NCBI GenBank assembly: GCA_031286245.1
Contig: JAITUO010000127.1
Span: 1-32,097 of the forward strand
Direction of reading: 5' to 3'
DNA: 32,097 bases
From: Coriobacteriales bacterium
GTDB taxonomy: Bacteria > Actinomycetota > Coriobacteriia > Coriobacteriales > UBA8131
Within the stretch, counting starts at the first letter, position 1. Each line of letters starts with the position of its first letter. A model generated the notes under the pieces. The model had not been told where the DNA came from and ran no database searches. It saw only the letters and a list, made by a program, of their open reading frames with translations. Shown one piece after another: positions 1 to 8,546 of the stretch. The translations under genes and the position numbers were made by a program.

Positions 1-319
1 AATCGTACGTGAACGCCATTTCGTACTAAATTATCGTCTTTTCATGTCACAGCAGGCTTTCTTGGGCAATTCTGGAGTAGGTAGGGCTTGATTGACAACC
101 ATGGATAAATAGAGATAAACAAAGAACCCGTTTGACACTGAACGAGGCAGCCTGTCGTCAAGTGATGCTATCAGCAAAAGAGATGCAATTCGAGATTGTT
201 TGGTGCTAGTGAACTATCAGCCACCAGCTATTATGCACGTGATCGAGTCTGCTGGAGAACTATCGCTTCATTGTCGAAGTGACTATCCTGCTACAGTGAT
301 TCTGCGCTAGACTGAAAGC

Positions 320-1075
320 ATGACAGAAAACCTACAGAATACAGGCATCCTGATCGCACCGTCACTACTCAGTGCAGACTTCATGAACTTGTCTCATGAT
401 GTACAAATGATCGAAAAAGGCTTTCCAGATTGGCTGCATGTCGATGTCATGGACGGCCATTTCGTACCCAACCTGACTATCGGTCCACCAGTCATCAAAG
501 CCTTGAAAGCTATCACCGATATACCGCTGGATATCCACCTGATGATCGACAACCCCAGCTACCAGCTGGATTGGTATATCGAAGCCGGAGCCGATTCAAT
601 AACAGTCCACATCGAATGCTTCGGCCAGACTTCTCACATTGCCAACACCCCGGGTACCTCACTTTCAATAAACAGCATCAGCGATCCTGACCTTCTAGCT
701 GAAGTAATCGTTCGTATCCACACCGCTGGCCGTAAGGCAGGCCTCGCTTTGAATCCGGATACACCCGTTGAACTGGCCTTACCTTGGATCGACCAAATCG
801 ATCTAGTGCTGCTGATGAGCGTGCATCCAGGTTTCGGAGGACAGAGCTTCATTCATTCAACTGTGGAGAAGATCGCTACGGTTTCAAAAGCAGCCGCCGC
901 TAACGCACCCGGCTTGTTGATTGAAGTCGATGGCGGTATCAATGCTTCAACTGCTGCCCTGGCAGTAGAGGCTGGCGCTAATATACTGGTAGCTGGCAAT
1001 GCCATATTCGCTGAATCGGATCCCTTGACAGCTATGGCTGATATCAGAGCGGCTGCTACATCACTTGGCAACTAA
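320..1075 (+). CDS. rpe: Ribulose-phosphate 3-epimerase
   Basis: 251-aa ORF with Rpe hallmarks DVMDGHFVPN, HLM, MSVHPGFGGQSF and VDGGI. It has about 20 extra residues (FGQTSHIANTPGTSLSINSISDPD) before KAGLALNP relative to the E. coli enzyme as I remember it. Confidence 0.9.
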   Translation: MTENLQNTGILIAPSLLSADFMNLSHDVQMIEKGFPDWLHVDVMDGHFVPNLTIGPPVIKALKAITDIPLDIHLMIDNPSYQLDWYIEAGADSITVHIECFGQTSHIANTPGTSLSINSISDPDLLAEVIVRIHTAGRKAGLALNPDTPVELALPWIDQIDLVLLMSVHPGFGGQSFIHSTVEKIATVSKAAAANAPGLLIEVDGGINASTAALAVEAGANILVAGNAIFAESDPLTAMADIRAAATSLGN

Positions 1076-1103
1076 CTCTGCAAATGAAAATGGACACTGA
1101 AAA

Positions 1104-2297
1104 ATGACCGACTTAACTTCAGTGACTGGTCGAGTTTATCTGGATCATGCCGCTACTACTCCACTTCGCCCGGAGGTATATGAAGCAATGCTGCCTTGGC
1201 TGGGTTTGGCAGCAGATGGAAAATTTGGTAACGCCTCGACTCTCAGTGCTGAAGGCAAGCTGGCGCGTCAGGCTTTGGAGTCAGCCCGCGCAACCATTGC
1301 TCAATCAATCGGAGCATCTCCATTAGAGGTCATTTTTAACTCAGGCGGCACGGAATCCAACAACGCCTTGTTGTTTGGTATAACTGGCGGAGTCAGAAGT
1401 AAGCTCGGTGAAAAACGCGGAGGCAACCGTATCGTCTCTTCAGCTATTGAGCACCATGCAGTACTGGAACCTGTCAAAGCCCTGCGCCGTAATGGTTGGC
1501 AGGCTGAGTTGGTCAAACCGACCCGAGATGGCTTGATTGAGCCAGCAGCTTTGGAGGCTCTGCTCGACACAGTTGCCAATGAAACTACCACCCTGGTCAG
1601 TATGATGACAGTAAACAACGAGATTGGCACAATCCAACCAATCGCCAATTTGTCTCACATCAGCCACAATCATGGTGCTCTATTTCATACAGACGCAGTA
1701 CAGGCTCTGGGCAAGATGCCCTTTGATGTACACCAACTCGGAATCGATGCTGCCAGCTTCTCAGCCCACAAAATCGGTGGACCCAAAGGGGTGGGGGCTT
1801 TCTACCTACGCTCGTTGACCCCATTTATATCCCAACAACATGGCGGAGGACAGGAACGGGGCTTGCGTTCAGGCACCGCCAATGTAGTTGGAGCTATCGG
1901 TTTTGCCAAAGCCCTGGAGCTGGCAACAATTGAACAGACAATAGAAGTAACCCGGTTAAATGACCTGATAGACAGATTGACCGGCAAACTCATGCAATCC
2001 TGTCCCTGCGTCCAGTTGACAGTTAGCTCTCAAGCTAAACGCTTGCCGAATATCCTTTCAATCCTTGTTGAAGGTTTTGAGTCCGAAAGCCTGATACTCA
2101 AATTGGATGAACAGGGATTTGCTATATCTGGCGGCTCGGCCTGCTCCACAGGATCATTGGAACCAAGCCATGTGTTGCTGGCGATGGGACTCAGTCGCAA
2201 GCAGGCTCAAAGCGTGCTACGGATCTCGATTGGGCACTCAACAACCGCAGTCCAGATTGACAGTTTTGTCAGAGCCCTCGCTCAGATTGTCCGATGA
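1104..2297 (+). CDS. Cysteine desulfurase, class V aminotransferase (NifS/IscS-like)
   Basis: 397-aa ORF. It has the PLP-lysine motif SAHKIGGPKGVGAFY, GGGQERGLRSGT, and the active-site Cys loop SGGSACS near the C-terminus. Confidence 0.85.
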   Translation: MTDLTSVTGRVYLDHAATTPLRPEVYEAMLPWLGLAADGKFGNASTLSAEGKLARQALESARATIAQSIGASPLEVIFNSGGTESNNALLFGITGGVRSKLGEKRGGNRIVSSAIEHHAVLEPVKALRRNGWQAELVKPTRDGLIEPAALEALLDTVANETTTLVSMMTVNNEIGTIQPIANLSHISHNHGALFHTDAVQALGKMPFDVHQLGIDAASFSAHKIGGPKGVGAFYLRSLTPFISQQHGGGQERGLRSGTANVVGAIGFAKALELATIEQTIEVTRLNDLIDRLTGKLMQSCPCVQLTVSSQAKRLPNILSILVEGFESESLILKLDEQGFAISGGSACSTGSLEPSHVLLAMGLSRKQAQSVLRISIGHSTTAVQIDSFVRALAQIVR

Positions 2298-2344
2298 TGC
2301 CAAGTGATGAGTCCTTTCTTACCCTGGCTTAACAGCGCTCTGTT

Positions 2345-3274
2345 ATGCTTGACAACATGCAACTGATTGACACCCATACCCACACAGTTTACTCCGGACA
2401 TGGCGAAGGAACGCCTCAGGACCTGGTCAAGGTCGCGCTGGACAAAGGTCTCAGTACATTGGCAATCACCGAGCATCTACCGCTACCAACACAACTGGAT
2501 CCGGATGGTACCTTCTCAATGCTGCCTGCTCAGGTGGATGAGTACACCAGCGAAATTGATACAGCTAGAGAGCTCGTCCATCATATCGACGCTACACCAG
2601 CTGCAAATCTCGAAATCATCTGCGGGGTGGAGGTAGATTGGCGGCAAAGCGCAGAAGAGTTTATCCTCAATCAACTTGGGCTGGACAATCGTGGCTTGGG
2701 TAAGTCTAGTACCACCTCGTCCGGCACTACCAGCGCCAAACCTCGCTACCAATTGATCCTTGGCAGTGTTCATATGTTAACGGGAGAAAACCCTCTCGAC
2801 CCCCTCGATTATTGGCCGCTCGACTACATTGGCACAATCGATGGCTGGTACCAGCGCGGAGTGCGCTATGTTTGGGAGCAATACGTGCGTTTATGGCTCG
2901 ACGCTGTCACGAGCCGAGTGCCTTTTGACATCATGTCCCATCCTGACTTGCCGAAAAAGCTCGGTTTTCATCCCGACTTCGATGCATCCAGTTTATGGAT
3001 GCAGATGGCTGATGCAGCAGCGGCAAAAGGTGTGATGATCGAGGTTAATACTTCCGGATTGTTCTATGCGAGTAAAGAGGTGTTTCCCTGCCCACAATTA
3101 CTTGAGGAGTTTTGTCGGGCTGGTGTTCCCTGTACGATCTCGTCAGATGCCCACAGTCCAGCCAATGTCAACCGGGCATATGCAGAAGGTATCAAAGCGA
3201 TGTTGGATGCCGGTTATCAAAAGGTCACCATACCTACCGCTGATGGTGACCGACGTGAGATACCCTTGGTTTGA
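2345..3274 (+). CDS. PHP-domain phosphoesterase, histidinol-phosphatase (HisJ/HisK) family
   Basis: 309-aa ORF with the N-terminal metal-binding IDTHTHTVYSGHG, then ITEH, SVH and C-terminal SSDAHS. The start could be ATG 2345 or ATG 2357. Confidence 0.7.
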   Translation: MLDNMQLIDTHTHTVYSGHGEGTPQDLVKVALDKGLSTLAITEHLPLPTQLDPDGTFSMLPAQVDEYTSEIDTARELVHHIDATPAANLEIICGVEVDWRQSAEEFILNQLGLDNRGLGKSSTTSSGTTSAKPRYQLILGSVHMLTGENPLDPLDYWPLDYIGTIDGWYQRGVRYVWEQYVRLWLDAVTSRVPFDIMSHPDLPKKLGFHPDFDASSLWMQMADAAAAKGVMIEVNTSGLFYASKEVFPCPQLLEEFCRAGVPCTISSDAHSPANVNRAYAEGIKAMLDAGYQKVTIPTADGDRREIPLV

Positions 3275-3330
3275 CCAGAGCTCAAATAGAGTCAACCAGA
3301 TTTCCGAGCAAAGCTATCAGGAGTTAAAAC

Positions 3331-4257
3331 ATGCAAAACATCGAGCACATCACTGTATTGGTCAATCCGGCTGCTGCCAATGGCAATGGACACACCGAGT
3401 GGCTACGTTTACAGCCACACTTTGAGGAGGCATTCTTCAACAGCCGTATCGATGTCATTGAAACCGTGAACCGAGAGCATGCCACTGCTCTTGGAGAGTC
3501 TTTAAACACCGAAATGATCATCTCATTGTCCGGAGACGGTGCAATCCTGGATATTACCCAAGGCTTAATGCGCCGTCCGAGCGATGCCCGTCCATTACTG
3601 GCTGTTGTCCCGATCGGTTCCGGCAACGATTTCGCTAAGGCTCTGGGAGTGCCGATGAATCCCTGGCTGGCTATCAGCCGCCTGATGCGTGGTCAGCGGT
3701 CATTGATCGATATCGGAAATGTCAATGGACGCTACTTCCTGAACACCTTGAGTTTCGGGGTCGATGCAGTTATTGCCGACCGCACTACTGAACTGCGAAA
3801 ATCCACTCGTCGCCGCGGTTTCATGTTATATGCCCAGGCAGCTGTCGGGGCGATCATCAAAGACCTCAAAGCGCATCACTACAAGATGATGATCGATGGA
3901 GAATACCTCGAACGTGATTTATTAATCTGTGCAATCCAAAACGGCCCCTATTACGGTGGTGGTTTTAAGGTCGCACCGCGTGCTCTGCTTGACGATGGCT
4001 TGTTTAACATTTGCATGGCTGGTCAGACCTCTGCTCCTGCCGCCCTTTATTACATGACTCGAATCGCTCAAGGAACCCATGAAAAGCTAAAAATCGTCGA
4101 AACCCGTAAGGCTGCTCGTATCAGCCTTGACTTCAGTGCCCCGATTGCTGCTCAATGCGATGGAGAATCGCTCGAAGCACAGGTTAATGAAGTCGGCGAT
4201 TGGCATTTTGATATCGAATTGCTTCCACAGACACTAGAAGTGGTGAGTATGCGGTGA
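3331..4257 (+). CDS. Diacylglycerol/lipid kinase family protein (DagK/YegS-like)
   Basis: 308-aa ORF with LVNPAAANG, SGDGAI (a variant of GGDGT) and PIGSGNDFAKALG. Its stop TGA (4255-4257) overlaps the GTG of the next ORF. Confidence 0.8.
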   Translation: MQNIEHITVLVNPAAANGNGHTEWLRLQPHFEEAFFNSRIDVIETVNREHATALGESLNTEMIISLSGDGAILDITQGLMRRPSDARPLLAVVPIGSGNDFAKALGVPMNPWLAISRLMRGQRSLIDIGNVNGRYFLNTLSFGVDAVIADRTTELRKSTRRRGFMLYAQAAVGAIIKDLKAHHYKMMIDGEYLERDLLICAIQNGPYYGGGFKVAPRALLDDGLFNICMAGQTSAPAALYYMTRIAQGTHEKLKIVETRKAARISLDFSAPIAAQCDGESLEAQVNEVGDWHFDIELLPQTLEVVSMR

Positions 4258-4370
4258 GTCCAGATGGGGAGAAGACCACATCCCAGGCGGCAGCTGATCA
4301 GAGCACGACTGCGGTGAGTCCAGATGGGGAGAAGACCACATCCCAGGCAGTCAATGCCGACGCTGCATCA
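4251..4370 (+). repeat. 60-bp tandem duplication spanning the lipid-kinase stop and the priA start
   Basis: gcggtgagtccagatggggagaagaccacatcccaggc occurs perfectly at 4251-4288 and 4311-4348, a 60-bp period. The remainder of each unit has diverged. It encodes VSPDGEKTTSQA twice. Confidence 0.9.
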
Positions 4371-6695
4371 CCAGTAGGCCTTGCAACGGTAACCTCTAAA
4401 CTACTCTTTGCCCAGGTCATAATAGACATCCCCACACGTGCCCTGGACACCCCGTTTGACTATCTGATCCCTGAAGAGTTGGTTTCATCAGTGGAAGTTG
4501 GTTGTTCGGTGTTGGTCAGTTTCAACAACCGGCCAGTTCTTGGATATGTAGCCTCAATCAACTCGAATCCTTCTACAAACCTGGATCCAAAAAAGTTGAA
4601 ACCGATCAGAGAGGTCTTATCCACATCTTTTTTCTCCAGCCAGCAATACCAGTTGGCTACTTGGATTGCCCGTGAATACATGGCACCTTTGAGTGAGACT
4701 ATCCGATTGCTCACTCCACCAGGTTCGACTCCTCGAATAAAGAAGGATGCTGGCGGAAGCTGGCAGTTAGAGCATGCTGGTGTCGGCCCGGTCGATGACC
4801 GCTGGGTGAGGCTCAGCGAGGCTGGAGCGGGGTACCAACCGTCAGCTAAAGCCGTCAGACAGCGTGCGATCCTGGATGCGTTGAAAGCAGGAGAGCTGAA
4901 GGTCTCCGAGCTCGGGTTGGCTGTTGAAAGTGCCGTAGTTGCATTAAAGTCGCTGGAGAAGAAAGGCGTGGTGGTTGTCGAAAGCCGGCGACGGATGCGT
5001 GGTGTTGCGCCGGTTTTACCTGCCAGCCAGGACATCCGTGACCTGACTCAAGGTCAACGTGATGCTTTAACAGCCATCAATCTAGCCTTGGCTGAGTTGA
5101 CAGACGCAAGCCACTCGCTCGTTGTGCAACCTCTCAAGCCTGCTCCCCTGCCGATTCTGCTGGACGGCATCACCGGATCAGGTAAAACTGAAGTCTACCT
5201 GCAGGCGATCCGGAGAGTCCTTGAACAAGGCGGTACTGTCATCGTGTTAGTGCCAGAGATATCTCTGACGCCACAAACTGTCGCTCGCTTCCGCTCCCGC
5301 TTTGGTGAACAGGTGGCTGTTCTCCATTCACGCCTCTCCGCTGGTGAGCGTTTCGACCAGTGGGATCAATTACGCAGCGGAACCGCCCGCGTAGCTGTCG
5401 GAGCCCGCTCGGCTTTGTTTGCTCCCGTAAAAGATCTCAAGTTGATTATCATCGATGAGGAACACGAAGGATCATACAAGCAAGGATCAGCTCCCCGCTA
5501 TGTCAGTCGCGACGTGGCTATACGCCTGGCTAATATCTCTGGAGCCTTATTGGTCTTAGGCAGTGCAACTCCATCAATGGAATCCCTGGCCGCTGTCAAG
5601 CGTGGACAGATGTTGCATCTGCGATTGCCTGAACGTCCGAACGGCTTGCCCCTGCCGCCTATCAAAGTAGTCGATTTGTCCGCGGAGTTCCGCTCTGGTA
5701 ATAAGTCGATGTTTTCTGATGACTTACGCGAAGCATTATTGCAGACTGTCCAGCGCTGTGAAAAAGCCGTATTGTTATTAAACCGCCGTGGCTTTGCCTC
5801 CTTTTTACTTTGTCGCGACTGTGGTTATGTGCCAATGTGTGAAGGTTGTTCCACTTCGTTGACCTTCCATGAGCATCCACCGCGCCTGGTCTGCCATCAT
5901 TGTGGTGCACGGCAGGCTGCACCCGTGACCTGCCCGGAATGTCATTCTCCATACCTCCGCCAGCTGGGCCCTGGTACTCAGTTTGCCTACGACCAACTGG
6001 TCTCATTGCTGCCGACGGATACACCGATCATCCGCATGGACGCCGATAGTACTCGCGGGCGTTATGGTCATGAGAAGCGCCTCGAAGAATTCGCCGCAGC
6101 CAAGTATGGGGTGCTGCTCGGAACCCAGATGATCGCCAAGGGACTGGACTTCCCGGAGGTCACACTGGTCGGTGTTCTGATCGCCGACACTGCCCTCAAG
6201 CTACCAGACTTCCGTGCTGCTGAACGTACCTACCAACTGCTCGAACAGGTCGCAGGCCGTGCCGGTCGCGCTGATAAGGACGGACGCGTTATCGTTCAGA
6301 CTTACTGGCCCGAACATCTAGCCATCCAAGCCGCTGCTCAACATGACCGGAATCTGTTGCTGTCAGAGGAAGAAACCTTACGCCGCAAGTTCGCTTACCC
6401 GCCATATGCCCGCTTAGCGAATGTTTTATTATGGGGAGAAGACCTTACAACTGTTCGCCAAGCGATTGAATCCCTGGCAGATTTGTTGAGAGACAACCTA
6501 CCTGCTGAAACCAAGCTGTTAGGGCCCAGCCCTTGTGTGATCTCCCGACGACAACGCCAGCATCGTTGGCACATGCTTATCAAAGCTCCCTTGGACAGCG
6601 ATCTACCCAGGTGGCTGACAGAGGCTCTTGGTAGTATGAAGCCGTTTGCCGGTGTCAATCAGGCAATCGACATCGACCCCTATGACATGATGTAA
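4254..6695 (+). CDS. priA: Primosomal protein N' (replication restart helicase PriA)
   Basis: 813-aa ORF with Walker A GITGSGKTEVY, a DEEHE box, the Cys-rich Zn module CRDCGY..CEGC..HHCG..CPEC, and GTQMIAKGLDFP. The recognisable core starts near LLFAQVIIDIP. The first ~55 aa are low-complexity and contain a duplicated segment, so the start is uncertain (GTG 4254 or GTG 4314). Confidence 0.9.
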   Translation: MSPDGEKTTSQAAADQSTTAVSPDGEKTTSQAVNADAASPVGLATVTSKLLFAQVIIDIPTRALDTPFDYLIPEELVSSVEVGCSVLVSFNNRPVLGYVASINSNPSTNLDPKKLKPIREVLSTSFFSSQQYQLATWIAREYMAPLSETIRLLTPPGSTPRIKKDAGGSWQLEHAGVGPVDDRWVRLSEAGAGYQPSAKAVRQRAILDALKAGELKVSELGLAVESAVVALKSLEKKGVVVVESRRRMRGVAPVLPASQDIRDLTQGQRDALTAINLALAELTDASHSLVVQPLKPAPLPILLDGITGSGKTEVYLQAIRRVLEQGGTVIVLVPEISLTPQTVARFRSRFGEQVAVLHSRLSAGERFDQWDQLRSGTARVAVGARSALFAPVKDLKLIIIDEEHEGSYKQGSAPRYVSRDVAIRLANISGALLVLGSATPSMESLAAVKRGQMLHLRLPERPNGLPLPPIKVVDLSAEFRSGNKSMFSDDLREALLQTVQRCEKAVLLLNRRGFASFLLCRDCGYVPMCEGCSTSLTFHEHPPRLVCHHCGARQAAPVTCPECHSPYLRQLGPGTQFAYDQLVSLLPTDTPIIRMDADSTRGRYGHEKRLEEFAAAKYGVLLGTQMIAKGLDFPEVTLVGVLIADTALKLPDFRAAERTYQLLEQVAGRAGRADKDGRVIVQTYWPEHLAIQAAAQHDRNLLLSEEETLRRKFAYPPYARLANVLLWGEDLTTVRQAIESLADLLRDNLPAETKLLGPSPCVISRRQRQHRWHMLIKAPLDSDLPRWLTEALGSMKPFAGVNQAIDIDPYDMM

Positions 6696-6722
6696 ATATA
6701 ACTTGATGAATTGAGGCAGCGC

Positions 6723-6777
6723 AGCTGCCGAAGAGCGCAGCGTTAAGCTGCCGAAGAGCACAGTGTTAAGCTGCGCG
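6723..6777. repeat. 23-bp tandem repeat (2.4 copies) just after the priA stop
   Basis: agctgccgaagagcgcagcgtta (6723-6745), agctgccgaagagcacagtgtta (6746-6768), and a partial agctgcgcg (6769-6777). Confidence 0.9.
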
Positions 6778-6854
6778 TCAATTTTGGTTCATTTGGTTCA
6801 TTTTGTCTTCCTTTGCTTGACTTCCATGTAACTGTATAGCCTATAAATTGGCAA

Positions 6855-7047
6855 TCCTGGGAATTTCGGAGTTTCTGGCCAAAAAGGGCTCTCATGTAGG
6901 GCTGTTTGGTCTGTTTTGCGAGATCTGGTTTTCTCCACAATTTAAAAGCGCAGGTAGATGAGTTGTGACAAAATTCTATTTGTGTGAAATCTATAGAGAA
7001 CTATACATGAGAGCCCTTTTTGGCCAGAAACTCCGAAATTCCCAGGA
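6855..7047. repeat. 44-bp perfect inverted repeat flanking a 105-bp spacer
   Basis: The left arm 6855-6898 is the exact reverse complement of the right arm 7004-7047 (tacatgagagccctttttggccagaaactccgaaattcccagga). Each arm contains a near-palindromic TTTnTGGCCAnAAA box. Confidence 0.95.
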
Positions 7048-7199
7048 AATGCTTGTCAAACGCACAGAAAAGCCAGTTATGGTGGTCAATTTAAAGAGTC
7101 AGAGTAAACAGAAACACAGCAATTGCATCGGTAATAAAACCCAGTTTGACATGTTGCGTTACTCTGCTATCGGTATAGTATTGAATACAAGGAGGCCGC

Positions 7200-7784
7200 A
7201 TGGAAATCGTCACTCTGACACATAAACACACCTACAGTTATCTAGTCAAAGGCAGCCAGCAATGGTTGATGTTTGATGCTGGTTGGCCTGACTCTTTTGT
7301 CCCCTTTGCGCGAAGTATGAAAGAGCAAGGTGTCCGTATCAAAGATATCCAACATTTCGTTGTCTCGCATTTTCACATGGACCACGCTGGTTTGACCCAA
7401 GTCCTTAAAGATTATGGAGTCGGTTTCTTATTACATGAATGTCAGGTAGGCGCGACTGGAGCTATGAATGATTTCTTCACCAAGCATCCGGATGCAGATT
7501 ATCGCCCTATCACTGAGACTAACAATCAGTTAGTAACATCGGCAGAGAGCCGCGAGTTACTTAAGCAAATGGGAATAGACGGTGAGATCATACACACTCC
7601 AGGGCATTCACCAGACAGTGTCACATTAATCATTGATAACCTCTTTGCCTTTGTCGGCGACCTGCCCGGTATTGAGCTTGCTTCAGGATTTGGCAGTGTT
7701 GAAATGGAGGACAGCTGGTTAAAGATTCTCAGTTATGGAGTAAAAACTGTTTATCCTGCCCATGCAGATATATATCACGTGTAA
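7200..7784 (+). CDS. MBL-fold metallo-hydrolase
   Basis: 194-aa ORF with the HFHMDHAG (HxHxDH) zinc motif, later HTPGHSPDS, and a C-terminal PAH. A strong RBS AAGGAGG lies 6 nt upstream of ATG 7200. Confidence 0.8.
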   Translation: MEIVTLTHKHTYSYLVKGSQQWLMFDAGWPDSFVPFARSMKEQGVRIKDIQHFVVSHFHMDHAGLTQVLKDYGVGFLLHECQVGATGAMNDFFTKHPDADYRPITETNNQLVTSAESRELLKQMGIDGEIIHTPGHSPDSVTLIIDNLFAFVGDLPGIELASGFGSVEMEDSWLKILSYGVKTVYPAHADIYHV

Positions 7785-7871
7785 AATCGCCAATCATTGC
7801 AAAGGGCAGCAAGGTTTTTCCAATTGTGCTTGAATAGCTGGCTCAAAGATCAGCCAGAGCGAGTAATAAAA

Positions 7872-8546
7872 TCAGTCAAGAGAGATAATCCGATCAGCCA
7901 TAGTTAGGACAGCAGGATCATGCGTGGCGATGATGATTGTCTTGCCATGAATTCTAGTTCCACAGAGGATCTTTAACACTTCATCACGGTTTTTTGGATC
8001 TAGAGAGCCGGTGGGTTCGTCAGCAAGAATTAGTTCGCTTGTTTGTACCAGCAGACAGGCTAATGCGAGCCGCTGTTGTTCACCGCCAGACAACTCGAAG
8101 ACTTTCTGCTTTTCTATTCCCTGTAGACCAACAATGCTGAGAGCCTCGTGTCGCTTCTGGCGGCGATCTCGCTTTGGGGTATCAGAATAACGTTGAGCCA
8201 GTATCATGTTTGCCTCAACTGAGTCCTGGTCAATTAAAGCAGCGTTTTGAAACAGGTAGCTGATCTTTTTTTGAAGGTAGCTCTGTGCTATGGAAGATCT
8301 GAGTTTAGGTGAAGGCCTACCAAAGAGCTGAAGAGTGCCGCTATCAGCTATGTCAAGCAAGCCGATGATATTCAGTATTGTCGATTTACCTGCTCCACTT
8401 CTGCCTGTTATTGCTACTATTTCCCCTTTTTTTACAGATAGATTGAGAGCATTCAGTACTTTTTTATCTCGGTATGATTTACTCACTCTTTCCATTTCTA
8501 CAACTGATTCGACACTCGCTTGTTGATAGGCTTGTGATTGATTCAC
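7872..8546 (-). CDS. ABC transporter ATP-binding protein (bacteriocin-locus partner)
   Basis: 224-aa ORF with Walker A GRSGAGKST, signature LSGGEQQR and Walker B LILADEPT. Its GTG start overlaps the TAG stop of the upstream membrane gene by 1 nt. Confidence 0.85.
   Translation of the reverse strand: MNQSQAYQQASVESVVEMERVSKSYRDKKVLNALNLSVKKGEIVAITGRSGAGKSTILNIIGLLDIADSGTLQLFGRPSPKLRSSIAQSYLQKKISYLFQNAALIDQDSVEANMILAQRYSDTPKRDRRQKRHEALSIVGLQGIEKQKVFELSGGEQQRLALACLLVQTSELILADEPTGSLDPKNRDEVLKILCGTRIHGKTIIIATHDPAVLTMADRIISLD

Noticed and set aside
4460-5035. Long antisense ORFs inside well-supported genes. Examples are the 191-aa ORF opposite priA, 13980-14543 and 16249-16689 opposite the adhesin gene, 1301-1648 opposite the desulfurase gene, and 20713-21093 opposite rsmB.
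   Set aside because: They lie entirely within genes that have clear family motifs on the other strand. They have no RBS, and their Arg/Ser/Pro-rich compositions are typical of shadow frames in GC-moderate DNA.
6927-6940. The recurring motif GGTTT(T)CTCCACA (6928-6940, 23759-23771, 30707-30718; variant at 28564-28575) as a shared regulatory element
   Set aside because: It is short. Its complement TGTGGAGAAAACC contains an RBS-like GGAG, and the same GGAGAAAACC serves as an ordinary RBS at 12349-12358. Flanking similarity is weak. It needs genome-wide enrichment statistics before it means anything.
6743-7225. Track ORFs 6743-6940 (-) and 6965-7225 (+) that both encode MRALFGQKLRNSQ
   Set aside because: The shared peptide is a by-product of the 44-bp perfect inverted repeat. 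Neither ORF has a convincing RBS or a recognisable product, and the plus ORF runs into the MBL gene start. I treat them as non-coding until shown otherwise.
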